From: Alphaproteobacteria bacterium
GTDB lineage: Bacteria > Pseudomonadota > Alphaproteobacteria > Rickettsiales > SXRF01
Reading direction: 5' to 3'
Assembly: GCA_013288305.1 (NCBI GenBank)
Contig: JABDCD010000001.1
Location: 4,923 to 68,922, forward strand
DNA length: 64,000 nucleotides
Every line of letters begins with the position of its first letter. Positions within the stretch are counted from its first letter, which is position 1. The notes beneath the pieces were generated by a model. That model saw only the letters and a list, made by a program, of their open reading frames with translations. It was not told the origin of the DNA and ran no database searches. Shown here one piece after another: positions 1 through 9,525 of the stretch. Both the position numbers and the translations under genes were made by a program.

Positions 1-1122
1 GAGATGAGCTTCGTGACCCAAGAGGATGTTTTTGCTGCCATCGAGCCGGTACTGCACGGCGTCTTCACCGAGTTCGGCGGCGATAAAAAAGTAACGCCCG
101 CCCCGTTCCCGCGCATGACCTATAAAGACGCCATGCTGAAATACGGCAGCGACAAGCCGGACTTGCGCAATCCCATTGAAATCGTCGATGTGACGGAAGA
201 ATTTAAACATGAAACCGTTACCTTTAACGCCTTCCGTAAGATCATCGAAGCAGGCGGCGTCGTGCGCGCCATCGCGGCGCCGAAAACCGGCAAGCATCCG
301 CGCAGCTTTTTCGACAAGCTCAACGACTGGGCCACGGAAGAAGGCGCCCCGGGGCTGGGCTATGTCATCCTCGAGCATCCCGAAGGCATGGACGAGCATA
401 CGGGCGGCGGCAGGGTCGTGGGCAAGGGACCGATCGCCAAATTCATCCCCGATACCGTGCTGGCGAAAATCGCCGAGAAGGCCGGCGCGAAAGGCTACGA
501 TACGCTGTTCTTTGCCTGCGACAACCCCTCGCTGGCGGCAAAATTCGCTGGAAAAGTTCGCACCAAGCTCGGCGAGGAATTAAAGTTGCTCGAAAAAAAC
601 GTGTTCAAATTCCTCTGGGTCGTCGATTTCCCGTATTTTGAATATGACGAGGAGGAGAAAAAAATCATCTTCTCGCACAACCCGTTTTCCATGCCGCAGG
701 GCGGGATGGAGGCGCTCACTACCAAAAACCCGCTCGACATTTTGGCCTATCAATACGACATCGTGTGCAACGGCGTCGAGCTTTCGAGCGGCGCGATACG
801 AAACCACAAGCCGGACATCATGTACAAAGCCTTCGAAATCGCGGGTTACGGGCCGGAGGTGGTAGACCGCAAATTCGGCGGCATGATCTCCGCCTTCAAA
901 TTCGGCGCGCCGCCGCATGGAGGTCTCGCGCCGGGCGTCGACCGCATGGTCATGTTGCTCGCCGACGAGCCCAACATCCGCGAGGTCATCGCCTTCCCGA
1001 TGAACCAGAAGGCCGAGGATTTACTGATGAACGCCCCCGCTCCCGCCGATGAAAAACAGTTGCGCGAATTGCATTTGCAGTTAAGTCCGAAAGCGAAGCA
1101 GATATTGGTGGGGGAAGCATGA
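1..1122 (+). CDS. aspS: aspartyl-tRNA synthetase, C-terminal part (5' end lies outside the window)
   Basis: The ORF is open from the window edge. It has a class II aaRS motif-3 region, [19 protein letters not shown]...IREVIAFP, and [10 protein letters not shown] typical of AspRS. Confidence 0.93.
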   Translation, partial: EMSFVTQEDVFAAIEPVLHGVFTEFGGDKKVTPAPFPRMTYKDAMLKYGSDKPDLRNPIEIVDVTEEFKHETVTFNAFRKIIEAGGVVRAIAAPKTGKHPRSFFDKLNDWATEEGAPGLGYVILEHPEGMDEHTGGGRVVGKGPIAKFIPDTVLAKIAEKAGAKGYDTLFFACDNPSLAAKFAGKVRTKLGEELKLLEKNVFKFLWVVDFPYFEYDEEEKKIIFSHNPFSMPQGGMEALTTKNPLDILAYQYDIVCNGVELSSGAIRNHKPDIMYKAFEIAGYGPEVVDRKFGGMISAFKFGAPPHGGLAPGVDRMVMLLADEPNIREVIAFPMNQKAEDLLMNAPAPADEKQLRELHLQLSPKAKQILVGEA

Positions 1123-1763
1123 AGAAAAAATCCGCGCTTTCCCGCGTATCCGACGACCAGGTCAGCCGCCTGGTGTTGCAACTGCGTGGCCACAAAGTGA
1201 TGCTCGATTCCGATCTGGCGGCGCTATACGGCGTTCCAACACATAGGTTGAATGAATCCGTTAAACGTAACATCGAGCGTTTTCCAGAAGATTTTATGTT
1301 TCAGCTTACACATCAAGAAGTTGATAACTTGATATCGCAAATTGCGATATCAAGTTTAGAGGATAATCAATCGGTTAGGAACTTGAGGTCGCAAATTGCG
1401 ACCTCAAGTCTGATTAACAAGAATAATCAAATAGTTGATGGCTCTATACCGCGATTTACGACCAAAAATGATGCATATGGTGGTCGCCGCAAGCTCCCCT
1501 ACGCCTTTACCGAGCAGGGCGTGGCCATGTTATCCAGCGTACTTCGCAGCCCGCGCGCGGTGCAGATGAACATCGCCATCATGCGCGCCTTTGTGAGCCT
1601 GCGTGGGATGATGCGCTCGCAGGATACCATCAAGCAGGAGCTGGCGTCGCTGAAGCGCCAATACAAGGATCATGACAATCAGATCAAAACCATTTTCCTG
1701 CTGATCGATGAGATCATGGCGCCGCCGCCGCTGCCTAAGAAACACAAGATCGGTTTTATTTAG
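1119..1763 (+). CDS. ORF6N/KilA-N-type DNA-binding domain protein
   Basis: [17 protein letters not shown]...[20 protein letters not shown] and [22 protein letters not shown] are typical of ORF6N proteins. Its start overlaps the aspS stop (ATGA). The central segment is AT-rich. Confidence 0.8.
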   Translation: MKKKSALSRVSDDQVSRLVLQLRGHKVMLDSDLAALYGVPTHRLNESVKRNIERFPEDFMFQLTHQEVDNLISQIAISSLEDNQSVRNLRSQIATSSLINKNNQIVDGSIPRFTTKNDAYGGRRKLPYAFTEQGVAMLSSVLRSPRAVQMNIAIMRAFVSLRGMMRSQDTIKQELASLKRQYKDHDNQIKTIFLLIDEIMAPPPLPKKHKIGFI

Positions 1764-1771
1764 CGTAGGCT

Positions 1772-2710
1772 ATGCGTATCGCCCTCATCCAACTCACCAG
1801 CGGTGCAAACATCGCCGCCAATATTGCTAAAATCGAAACGCTGGTGAAACAGGCAGCGGGGCAGGGGGCCGAGCTTGTCGCGCTGCCGGAGAATGCATTC
1901 TACATGCGCGCTGAGGGGGAGGCTGCCGCACCGAAATATACGCAAGTTGAACATCCCGGCGTCGCCGCCGCGGCGCGGATGGCGAAGGAAAATCATATAT
2001 GGCTGTTGGCGGGAAGTGTGGCGGTAAAAAATGCTGAGTGCACAGGGCTGAGTGCAGAGGAAGAAAATAATCCGGGACTTAGCACTCAGCACTCAGCACT
2101 CACTTACAACCGCTCCATTCTCTTCAACCCCGAGGGTGAAATCGCCGCGCAGTACGATAAAATTCACCTCTTCGATGTCGATGTCGGCGACGGGCAGACC
2201 TACCGCGAATCGGCGAGGATATTGCCGGGGGAGAAGGCGGTGGTGGTAAGAATGGATGTGGAGAGATGGAGATGTGAAGATGTGGTAAAAAAAGAAAATT
2301 CTCTTTCTTCACATCCCCACATCCTCACATCCCCACATCCCGCCCTCGGCCTCACCATCTGCTACGACCTCCGCTTCCCGCAGCTATACCGCGCGCTGGC
2401 CAAGGCGGGGGCGCAGATTCTCGCCGTGCCGTCGGCGTTTACGGTAGTGACCGGCGAGGCGCACTGGCACGTGCTGCTGCGCGCACGCGCCATCGAGAAC
2501 GGCTGCTTCGTCATCGCCCCGGCGCAAACCGGTACGCACCCGGGCAACCGCAAAACCTACGGCCATTCGCTCATCGTCGACCCCTGGGGAAAAATCCTGG
2601 CCGACGGCGGGACGGAAGAGGGAGTGGTTATGGCTGAGATTGATCTGGATGAAGTAAAGCGCGTCCGAACGAAATTGCCCAGCCTGGAACATGATAGGGA
2701 GTTTGCTTGA
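1772..2710 (+). CDS. carbon-nitrogen hydrolase (Nit/nitrilase superfamily) carrying two in-frame repeat insertions
   Basis: [21 protein letters not shown] and [18 protein letters not shown] give the Glu-Lys-Cys CN-hydrolase signature. It is interrupted at 2033-2103 and 2254-2340. Confidence 0.88.
   Translation: MRIALIQLTSGANIAANIAKIETLVKQAAGQGAELVALPENAFYMRAEGEAAAPKYTQVEHPGVAAAARMAKENHIWLLAGSVAVKNAECTGLSAEEENNPGLSTQHSALTYNRSILFNPEGEIAAQYDKIHLFDVDVGDGQTYRESARILPGEKAVVVRMDVERWRCEDVVKKENSLSSHPHILTSPHPALGLTICYDLRFPQLYRALAKAGAQILAVPSAFTVVTGEAHWHVLLRARAIENGCFVIAPAQTGTHPGNRKTYGHSLIVDPWGKILADGGTEEGVVMAEIDLDEVKRVRTKLPSLEHDREFA
2033..2103. repeat. tandem-heptamer-arm hairpin, family B (GCTGAGT), in frame in the Nit hydrolase
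   Basis: gctgagtgcacagggctgagtgcagagg / loop aagaaaataatcc / agcactcagcactcagcactcac. Confidence 0.85.
2254..2340. repeat. tandem-unit-arm hairpin, family A (GGATGTGG), in frame in the Nit hydrolase
   Basis: ggatgtggagagatggagatgtgaagatgtgg / loop taaaaaaagaaaatt / cacatccccacatcctcacatccccacatcc. Confidence 0.88.
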
Positions 2711-2770
2711 CAGAAGGTTAATATCTGCTAGCAATGTTGCCCCGCCTCTAAACTAACGACAGGAAAATTT

Positions 2771-3370
2771 ATGGCTCTCCCGCAACGTTACAATATCGAT
2801 TTTGGTCAATATAATCCCGTGAAAGAGACGCTGGGCGACCTTCTACTCGTTTTCAGAGAAATGTACGAGGTTATCGAAAATTGGGATGTTATGGAAGCGA
2901 ATGCAGTGAAACAGGAAGCAATAATGCGAGATTGTGGGGCAATGGAATTTAATCCACGTCCGGGGGAGAGCATCTCCATGTTGCGCAAGCTGCAAAGTGA
3001 CCTGGTCGGTCCCAGGCATATGGATAGGTTGCAGATCAAGGAATTAGCGGGGCGCTGGGAGTCATGCCTAGATAAACTGCTCGGATTTTATCAGGGTAGA
3101 GAAAACCGTCCGGGGGGATTTGCCAATGCACAAGAGGCTGCATCCCTGTTCGATTTCTTGTGGCTTCCCGGTTCAGGGGTGCCACGTCCTGAGGAATCGC
3201 CTTTGCACCGGTTACTTGATGTTGCCTGCGAGATTCGCAATCAACAAGTGGAGTTTGACAGGCACGGAGATTGGTCATGTTCGGGGAAAACTATACGCGA
3301 ATTGCTATATGCTATTCATACCGATATAGCAGCCGATATTCCGAAAGCTAAAAAAGAGGTCACTAGATAG
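2771..3370 (+). CDS. hypothetical protein (orphan, AT-shifted)
   Basis: 199-aa ORF with no motif I recognise. G+C is lower than in the neighbours. It converges on ubiG with an 8-nt overlap. Confidence 0.5.
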   Translation: MALPQRYNIDFGQYNPVKETLGDLLLVFREMYEVIENWDVMEANAVKQEAIMRDCGAMEFNPRPGESISMLRKLQSDLVGPRHMDRLQIKELAGRWESCLDKLLGFYQGRENRPGGFANAQEAASLFDFLWLPGSGVPRPEESPLHRLLDVACEIRNQQVEFDRHGDWSCSGKTIRELLYAIHTDIAADIPKAKKEVTR

Positions 3371-4223
3371 CTTTCCTCCCCGCCACCATATAATTCACCG
3401 CCAAATCCCCCGCATCCAGCCGCCATTCAAACGTCAGCGGATTCATCGCCATCCCGGTCATTTCCAGTATCTCGATATGATGATGGCGCAGATGGGCGCA
3501 GAGTTCCGACGGCCGCAGGAATTTATGCCAGTCATGCGTGCCGACGGGCAGCAAGCCGCACACATATTCCGCGCCGAGAATAGCCAGGGCGAAGGATTTC
3601 GCCGTGCGGTTGAGCGTGGAATAGATGATGAGTCCGCCCGGCTTCAGCAGCGCGCAGCTTGCCGCCACGAACGCCTCGACATCGGCGACATGCTCGATGA
3701 TTTCCAGCGCCAGCACGACGTCATATAGTGCTGAGTGCTGAGCGTTAAGTAGCGAGTTGTTTTTTTTCTCAGCACTCAGCATTGTGCACTCAGCACTTAA
3801 CTCCTCCACCGCCGCGCACCGATAATCAATCTCCAGCCCGCCCCGCTCGGCATGAAGCCTCGCCACCGCGATGTTTTTTTCCGAAGCGTCGATGGCGGTG
3901 ACGCGTGCGCCCAGCCGCGCCATCGGTTCGGCGATCAGCCCGCCGCCGCAGCCGATGTCTAAAAGGCGTAAGCCTTTTAGGGGATGTGGGGATGTGGGGA
4001 TGTGGGGATATGAGGATGAAGCCCTATCGTCTTTTTTCTCCACATCTCCACATCTCCACATCTCCACGTCGCGCTTCGATATCTGCTCCACTATCCACCC
4101 AATCCTTATCGGATTCATCCGATGCAGCGGCTTGAATTTGCCCTGCGGATTCCACCATTCCCCGGCGATGCGCGAGAAGCGCTCGATCTCGTCCTTATCG
4201 ACAGTGCTTGTGGCAGTAACCAT
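3363..4223 (-). CDS. ubiG: ubiquinone biosynthesis O-methyltransferase carrying two in-frame repeat insertions
   Basis: EIERFSRIAGEWWNPQGKFKPLHRMNPIR, the SAM motif LLDIGCGGGLIAEPMARLG, and LKPGGLIIYSTLNRT. Confidence 0.9.
   Translation of the reverse strand: MVTATSTVDKDEIERFSRIAGEWWNPQGKFKPLHRMNPIRIGWIVEQISKRDVEMWRCGDVEKKDDRASSSYPHIPTSPHPLKGLRLLDIGCGGGLIAEPMARLGARVTAIDASEKNIAVARLHAERGGLEIDYRCAAVEELSAECTMLSAEKKNNSLLNAQHSALYDVVLALEIIEHVADVEAFVAASCALLKPGGLIIYSTLNRTAKSFALAILGAEYVCGLLPVGTHDWHKFLRPSELCAHLRHHHIEILEMTGMAMNPLTFEWRLDAGDLAVNYMVAGRKAI
3727..3797. repeat. family B hairpin, in frame in ubiG
   Basis: agtgctgagtgctgagc ... T-run loop ... ctcagcactcagcattgtgcactcagcact. Confidence 0.85.
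3980..4067. repeat. family A hairpin, in frame in ubiG
   Basis: ggggatgtggggatgtggggatgtggggatatgagg ... ctccacatctccacatctccacatctccac. Confidence 0.88.
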
Positions 4224-4273
4224 AATGGTGCTATTGTCCTGCGCAATGATTTCTCAAAAAGGAACTATAACCT

Positions 4274-4660
4274 ATGCCCGGGCAAAAGCCGAATCTAAAA
4301 ACGATGCTGTGGGAACCCCTGGCGCAGGAGGCGTGGACGCTGGGCGATAAGCTGGTGCGCCGGGTATTCGGCGCAGCGGAAGGCTGGGAGAAGCGCCGCG
4401 ACATCGTGAAGAACAATTACGACCTCGGCGTGCGCTACCTCAAAGACGGCTATGTGGGCGATGCCATGTTCCGCTTCAAGCTCGTGACCTGGCTCGACCC
4501 CAGCCATGCCGAGGGCTGGTACGGCCTGGGCGCCGCGTATGTTGCCGGCGGCAAGCAGGCGGCGGCGGAAAAAGCGCTCAAAAAAACCCTGGAGATCAAA
4601 CCCGATTATCCGGAAGCGTCGCAACTGCTGGCAACCCTCGAAGGCAACGCTGCGCAATGA
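4274..4660 (+). CDS. tetratricopeptide-repeat protein
   Basis: TPR-like repeats: GDAMFRFKLVTWLDPSHAEGWYGLGAAYVAGGKQAAAEKALKKTLEIKPDYPEA. The start is uncertain; 4313 is an alternative. Confidence 0.65.
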   Translation: MPGQKPNLKTMLWEPLAQEAWTLGDKLVRRVFGAAEGWEKRRDIVKNNYDLGVRYLKDGYVGDAMFRFKLVTWLDPSHAEGWYGLGAAYVAGGKQAAAEKALKKTLEIKPDYPEASQLLATLEGNAAQ

Positions 4661-5109
4661 CGGAAATAACCCTCCGCCCCGCCACTGAATCCGAGGCGAA
4701 AATACTTACAGCGATACATCAAGAATGCTTTCCAACTTATTGGAGTATAAATTCATTTAATGATTTCTTCTCCGTGGACGGAACGCTGGCGCTGCTAGCT
4801 GAAAATCCCCATGCTGTCGGCATGATGGTCTACCGCCTCCACCATGAGCAGGCCGATATTATCACCATCGCCGTCCGCCCTGCCTGCCGCCGCCGCGGCA
4901 TCGCCCGTGCCCTGCTGGCGCAGGCCATGCAGACCATGGCCTCACGCGGCGTAAACGCCATCTTCCTCGACGTCGAGGACGGCAACGTCGCCGCGCTGCA
5001 ACTCTATGAAACGCATGGCTTTACCGTCATCAACCGCCGCAAGCACTATTATAAGCAAAAGGACGGAAGTTTCACGGATGCGCTTGTCATGACGCGGAAA
5101 TTAAGTTAG
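4657..5109 (+). CDS. rimI: ribosomal-protein-alanine N-acetyltransferase (GNAT)
   Basis: GNAT motif A, IAVRPACRRRGIARALL, and a RimI-like length. Its start overlaps the upstream stop (ATGA). Confidence 0.8.
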   Translation: MTEITLRPATESEAKILTAIHQECFPTYWSINSFNDFFSVDGTLALLAENPHAVGMMVYRLHHEQADIITIAVRPACRRRGIARALLAQAMQTMASRGVNAIFLDVEDGNVAALQLYETHGFTVINRRKHYYKQKDGSFTDALVMTRKLS

Positions 5110-5189
5110 TGGTCAGTGGCCGGTTGTCAGTGGCCAGTCAGACAGCCAGTTTCGCGCCCTTACTGACCACTGGTCACTGATCACTGGAC
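5110..5189. repeat. hairpin family C (GTCAGTGGCC), intergenic rimI|lysC
   Basis: tggtcagtggccggttgtcagtggccagtcag ... ctgaccactggtcactgatcactggac. It starts directly after the rimI stop. Confidence 0.8.
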
Positions 5190-5199
5190 ACTACAAATT

Positions 5200-6429
5200 A
5201 TGGCACTCATAGTTCAAAAATTCGGTGGCACCTCGGTGGCCGACATCGGGCGCATCAAAAACGCCGCGGCCAAGGTCAAAAAAGAACTCGACCTCGGCAA
5301 CCGGGTCGCCGTCGTCGTCTCGGCGATGGCGGGCGTGACCAACCAGTTGGTAAAATTTGTCGAGGAGCTGTCGCCGCTGACGACGGACGAAGCCTGGCGC
5401 GAATACGATCAGGTGGTATCGTCCGGCGAGCAGGTGACGAGCGGGCTTCTGGCGCTGGCCTTGCACGAGATGGGCATCCCGGCCTGGTCGTTCGCCGGCG
5501 GGCAGGTTCCGCTCAAGACCGACATCGTCCACGGCAAGGCACGCATCCACAGCATCGACGCCCAGGCGATCCATAAAGCGCTGGATAACGGCATGGTCGC
5601 CGTCGTCGCCGGGTTCCAGGGCATCACGCCCGACGGCCGCATGGCGACGCTGGGGCGCGGCGGCTCGGATACCTCGGCGGTGGCGTTGGCCGCGGCGCTC
5701 CATGCCGACCGCTGCGATATTTATACCGACGTCGACGGCGTCTACACCACCGACCCGCGCATCGTGCCGGGCGCGCGCAAGCTCGATAAAATCGCCTACG
5801 AGGAAATGCTGGAGATGGCCTCGCTCGGCGCCAAGGTATTGCAGACGCGCTCGGTCGAGATGGCGATGAACCACGGCGTGGTGGTGCAGGTATTGTCCAG
5901 CTTCGCCGACGCGCCGGGAACCTTATTGGTCAAGGAAGAGGAGTCTATGGAACAGCAAAAAATCACCGGCATCGCCTACAGCCGCGACGAAGCGCGCGTC
6001 ACCCTCACCGGCGTACCCGACAAGCCCGGCGTGGCGGCGGGCATTTTCGGGCCGCTGGCCGAAGCCAACATCAATGTCGATATGATCGTCCAAAACATCG
6101 ACGAGATCGGCCGCGTCACCGACATGACCTTCACCGTCGGCAAGGCCGATCTCGACCGCGCCATCGCCGCCCTCGAAAAAGCCCGCCCCGTGCTGCAATA
6201 TAAGGACCTCACCGCCGACAAAAACGTCGCCAAGATTTCGGTGGTCGGCGTCGGGATGCGCAGCCACGCCGGCGTGGCTTTAGACATGTTCAAAACGCTG
6301 GCGGAAAAAGGCATCAACATCCTGGTCATCTCGACCTCGGAAATCAAGATCAGCGTGCTGATTGCGGAGGAGTATACGGAGTTGGCCGTCCGCGCGCTGC
6401 ATCAGGCGTTTGGGCTGGAGAAGGCGTGA
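5200..6429 (+). CDS. lysC: aspartate kinase
   Basis: MALIVQKFGGTSV, GRGGSDTSAVALAAAL, DVDGVYTTDPRIV, and C-terminal ACT domains. Confidence 0.95.
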   Translation: MALIVQKFGGTSVADIGRIKNAAAKVKKELDLGNRVAVVVSAMAGVTNQLVKFVEELSPLTTDEAWREYDQVVSSGEQVTSGLLALALHEMGIPAWSFAGGQVPLKTDIVHGKARIHSIDAQAIHKALDNGMVAVVAGFQGITPDGRMATLGRGGSDTSAVALAAALHADRCDIYTDVDGVYTTDPRIVPGARKLDKIAYEEMLEMASLGAKVLQTRSVEMAMNHGVVVQVLSSFADAPGTLLVKEEESMEQQKITGIAYSRDEARVTLTGVPDKPGVAAGIFGPLAEANINVDMIVQNIDEIGRVTDMTFTVGKADLDRAIAALEKARPVLQYKDLTADKNVAKISVVGVGMRSHAGVALDMFKTLAEKGINILVISTSEIKISVLIAEEYTELAVRALHQAFGLEKA

Positions 6430-6435
6430 GGAAAC

Positions 6436-6912
6436 TTATCTCCCTTGATGTCTAAAGGGACTGGTTTTTTCCTGCCCGGTTGCCGCTCTAAGCAAAATAC
6501 CAAAACTCTGTATGGCATCAGGAGAAAGTTTTTCTGATAATTGATCGAGGATTTCTTGGGCTTTGTCCGAGCTTAGAAATTTTTTGTCCATTGTGGTATT
6601 GCGCGGAGGAGATTGTGCAGGCATTTTCAATGGATATAGTTTTTCTGACTTCAGAGCGTTCTGTATATTGAAGGACGAAAACAAGATGTCTGCTAATAGA
6701 GCGTGGATTTGATTATTGGCGGTATCCAAATTTTGCGTCAGTTTGCTGATGGTGGCAGCGAATTGCCTATAGCGTACCGCGGAGTCTTTACTTCCGCTGA
6801 GGAGGATTGGATTCTCCAAACTATGCAACAAATCATTTAAATTATAACGTCGAAGATTGTATTTTTTTCTCTTTTCATCTTCTGGGTCAACATCGGTTCT
6901 TGGGGTTGCCAT
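6436..6912 (-). CDS. hypothetical protein (orphan, AT-rich)
   Basis: 158-aa ORF in a clearly AT-rich stretch. No motif I recognise. Confidence 0.45.
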   Translation of the reverse strand: MATPRTDVDPEDEKRKKYNLRRYNLNDLLHSLENPILLSGSKDSAVRYRQFAATISKLTQNLDTANNQIHALLADILFSSFNIQNALKSEKLYPLKMPAQSPPRNTTMDKKFLSSDKAQEILDQLSEKLSPDAIQSFGILLRAATGQEKTSPFRHQGR

Positions 6913-7010
6913 CGCTGTATCTTTCCTTGAACAATTAAATCCTACCGCTAGTATAGCCTGACAATGTTACGTATTTTTTAATAAATTTCAATAAAAATAT
7001 TAACACAACT

Positions 7011-8135
7011 ATGACTAACCATTTAAATTCTCTGTGGCGGCGCGGCGCCCACTTCCTTGGCTGCCAGTACGCCATCATGGGCGGGGCGATGTCGTGGGTT
7101 TCCGAGCGCAACCTGGTGGCGGCGCTTTCCAACGCCGGGGCGTTCGGTGTGATTGCCTGTAGTTCAATGTCGCCGGAATTGCTGGATAAGGAGATTACTG
7201 AAACCAAAAAACTTCTTACTTCCCCCTCCCCCGGTCGGGGGGAGGGCCGGGGAGGGGGTGACAAGGGAAATATTACTCGTGAAGCCCCCTCCCTAACCCT
7301 CCCCCCTGCAGGGGGAGGGGACAAGGTGCCCTTCGGCGTCAACCTCATTATCATGCACCCGCAGATGGATGCGCTCATCGAAGTCTGCAAAAAGCACAAC
7401 GTCTCGCACGTCGTGCTGGCGGGCGGCATTCCCAAGGATGGCTGGATCAAGGCGATCAAGGCCTATGGGGCGAAGGTGCTGTGCTTCGCGCCATCGGCCA
7501 TCATCGGCCGCAAGCTGGTGCGCCTCGGCGCCGACGCGCTGGTGATCGAGGGCATGGAGGCGGGCGGCCATATCGGCCCGGTCTCGACCTCGGTGCTGGC
7601 GCAGGAAATCCTGCCGCACATGAAAGACGTGCCGGTGTTCATCGCCGGCGGCATCGGCCGCGGCGAGGCCATCGCCGCCTATCTCGAAATGGGCGCATCC
7701 GGCGTCCAGCTGGGCACGCGCTTTGTCTGCGCCACCGAGTGCATCGCCCACCCGAACTTCAAGGAATGCTTCATCCGCAGCCAGTCGCGCGATGCCATCC
7801 CCTCGGTGCAGATCGACCCGGATTTCCCGGTCATCCCCGTGCGCGCCATCGCCAACAAAGCCACCGACGCCTTCACCCGGATGCAGCACGAAGTCATCGC
7901 CGAATTCAAGAGCGGCAAGCTCGATAAAAAAGAAGCGCAGCTCAAGATCGAACATTTCTGGGCCGGCGCCCTGCGCAAAGCCGTCATCGACGGCGACATC
8001 GAGTACGGCTCAGTCATGGCCGGCCAGAGCGTCGGCATGGTCAGCAAAATCCAGCCGGTGAAGGAGATTCTGGAGGAACTGATCGGGCAGGCGGAGGAGT
8101 ATATTACCGGGCGAAACTTAATCCCCAAAAAGTAA
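7011..8135 (+). CDS. NAD(P)H-dependent flavin oxidoreductase / nitronate monooxygenase family (FabK-like) with an in-frame repeat insertion
   Basis: GGAMSWVSERNLVAALSNAGAFGVIA, ALVIEGMEAGGHIG and FIAGGIGRGEAIAAYLEMGASGVQLGTRF. The insertion is at 7221-7326. Confidence 0.85.
   Translation: MTNHLNSLWRRGAHFLGCQYAIMGGAMSWVSERNLVAALSNAGAFGVIACSSMSPELLDKEITETKKLLTSPSPGRGEGRGGGDKGNITREAPSLTLPPAGGGDKVPFGVNLIIMHPQMDALIEVCKKHNVSHVVLAGGIPKDGWIKAIKAYGAKVLCFAPSAIIGRKLVRLGADALVIEGMEAGGHIGPVSTSVLAQEILPHMKDVPVFIAGGIGRGEAIAAYLEMGASGVQLGTRFVCATECIAHPNFKECFIRSQSRDAIPSVQIDPDFPVIPVRAIANKATDAFTRMQHEVIAEFKSGKLDKKEAQLKIEHFWAGALRKAVIDGDIEYGSVMAGQSVGMVSKIQPVKEILEELIGQAEEYITGRNLIPKK
7221..7326. repeat. two tandem CTTGTC-(C)nTCCCC hairpin modules (family E), in frame in the NMO-like gene
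   Basis: tccccctcccccggtcggggggagggccggggagggggtgacaagg and ccccctccctaaccctcccccctgcagggggaggggacaagg. Confidence 0.85.
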
Positions 8136-9338
8136 CATTTGCCGATTGTCCGTGGCTTTTTGTCTTTTTTTCTTTTGTTGCGTTGGTTTTCTGATTGGAA
8201 GAAATGCGCGTATCATATTTTTACGCGCTTTATATCCGCCTTCTATCAGTTTGATTAAATCCATCTCTACCAATGCATTAATATCTCTTGATATGGTTTT
8301 AGGAGTTTTTTTTGCATAATCTGCAGCTAAATCCGCTGTTAGTTTACTGAGTTGTGCTTTTGGAACAGGTTTGTCAGCCTTCGATAAGGCAAGTACTAAA
8401 GTACGCCTTCTTTTACCTGAGTTAGAATTATCGTTCCGAAATTGAGTATGAACAAAATTAGTCCACGTCACGTCAATTTGTTGTTCCCGTATAACGTCTA
8501 TTTGCTCCTTTAATTGCTCAACAAATCCCGTAACTGCATATTGAATAAAAGGCAATAAATCACCCCCAGACTTACTCGCTACATCTAACTGTCTGTAATA
8601 CTCTGTTCGTGTAAGGTTATAATAATTACTCAAAAGATGGGCTGCATCAGAGGGAACTCCAGATTCCATTAAAAATTTTAGCTCTAATAATCTGGCTGTT
8701 CTTCCATTGCCATCGCCAAAGGGATGTATCCATACAAAGTAAATGTGAGCCACTATAGCCTTGATAATACCATAAACGATTTCATTTCCTGCATTGGTAG
8801 CGAAAGTAGTCCCGTTCATCCATTTGCAAAATTCATTGACCAAATAAGGGCAATCCTCTGGAGGGGGACAGCGGTACCTGCCTACAACACGCGAGTCTTT
8901 GCGAATTTCACCAGGAATTACATCTTCTCCAACCGCTAGCTCGCTAAGAATCTGGCTATTAAAATGTGCGAGTAAATCTGATGATAAAGGAACGATTTCT
9001 CCCTTTTTAATTGGCTCTAAAACTCCGCCGAACGCAGACAAAATGTTTTGTATTTCTTTTATTAGGTATTCTCTAGAACGGGGTAAATGAAGCGTTCCAT
9101 CCAACGATTTCAAAACCTCTTCTTCTGATAGAGTATTGCCTTCTATCGCAGTTGTAGCAAATGCACCTTTAGCCAGATAAAGTCTGTGCAGTTTTTCTGC
9201 CGTGTCCGGACGCAATGGAATACCGGCAATATGCTCGCATTTAGATTGAGCTTCTCCTAGGGCTAACCATAAATGTGGAGATGCAGGTTTAAGATCAATA
9301 TTGAATGTAATCCAAGGATGTGTTTTTTTATATATCAT
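8118..9338 (-). CDS. Fic family protein (AMPylase-type) with a C-terminal winged-helix-like tail
   Basis: Canonical Fic motif HPFGDGNGRTAR. An N-terminal inhibitory-helix motif, TTAIEG, fits [ST]xxxE[GN]. The gene is AT-rich. Confidence 0.88.
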   Translation of the reverse strand: MIYKKTHPWITFNIDLKPASPHLWLALGEAQSKCEHIAGIPLRPDTAEKLHRLYLAKGAFATTAIEGNTLSEEEVLKSLDGTLHLPRSREYLIKEIQNILSAFGGVLEPIKKGEIVPLSSDLLAHFNSQILSELAVGEDVIPGEIRKDSRVVGRYRCPPPEDCPYLVNEFCKWMNGTTFATNAGNEIVYGIIKAIVAHIYFVWIHPFGDGNGRTARLLELKFLMESGVPSDAAHLLSNYYNLTRTEYYRQLDVASKSGGDLLPFIQYAVTGFVEQLKEQIDVIREQQIDVTWTNFVHTQFRNDNSNSGKRRRTLVLALSKADKPVPKAQLSKLTADLAADYAKKTPKTISRDINALVEMDLIKLIEGGYKARKNMIRAFLPIRKPTQQKKKRQKATDNRQMLLFGD

Positions 9339-9516
9339 AATATATGGCCTCCTTAATGTCCGATGAAATGTCTAACACCGTTAGTCATTAATATTTTGAT
9401 ATTAAACACAAATATATATTATATAATAAAAAATGTCCGCATCGATGTCCATATAATAGTCCAATACAATATTCAAAACAAGTAATGACATTGCATATGT
9501 ACTGAAAGCGCATTGA

Positions 9517-9525
9517 TGTTATAAT
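9517..9525 (+). promoter_or_regulatory. candidate extended -10 (TGTTATAAT) upstream of ptsP
   Basis: TGnTATAAT lies 6 nt before the GTG start. I saw no clear -35. Confidence 0.3.

Noticed and set aside
5191-5874. 227-aa minus-strand ORF overlapping lysC.
   Set aside because: It is antisense to a clearly identified aspartate kinase, and its translation is Arg/Asp/Gly-rich with no motifs.
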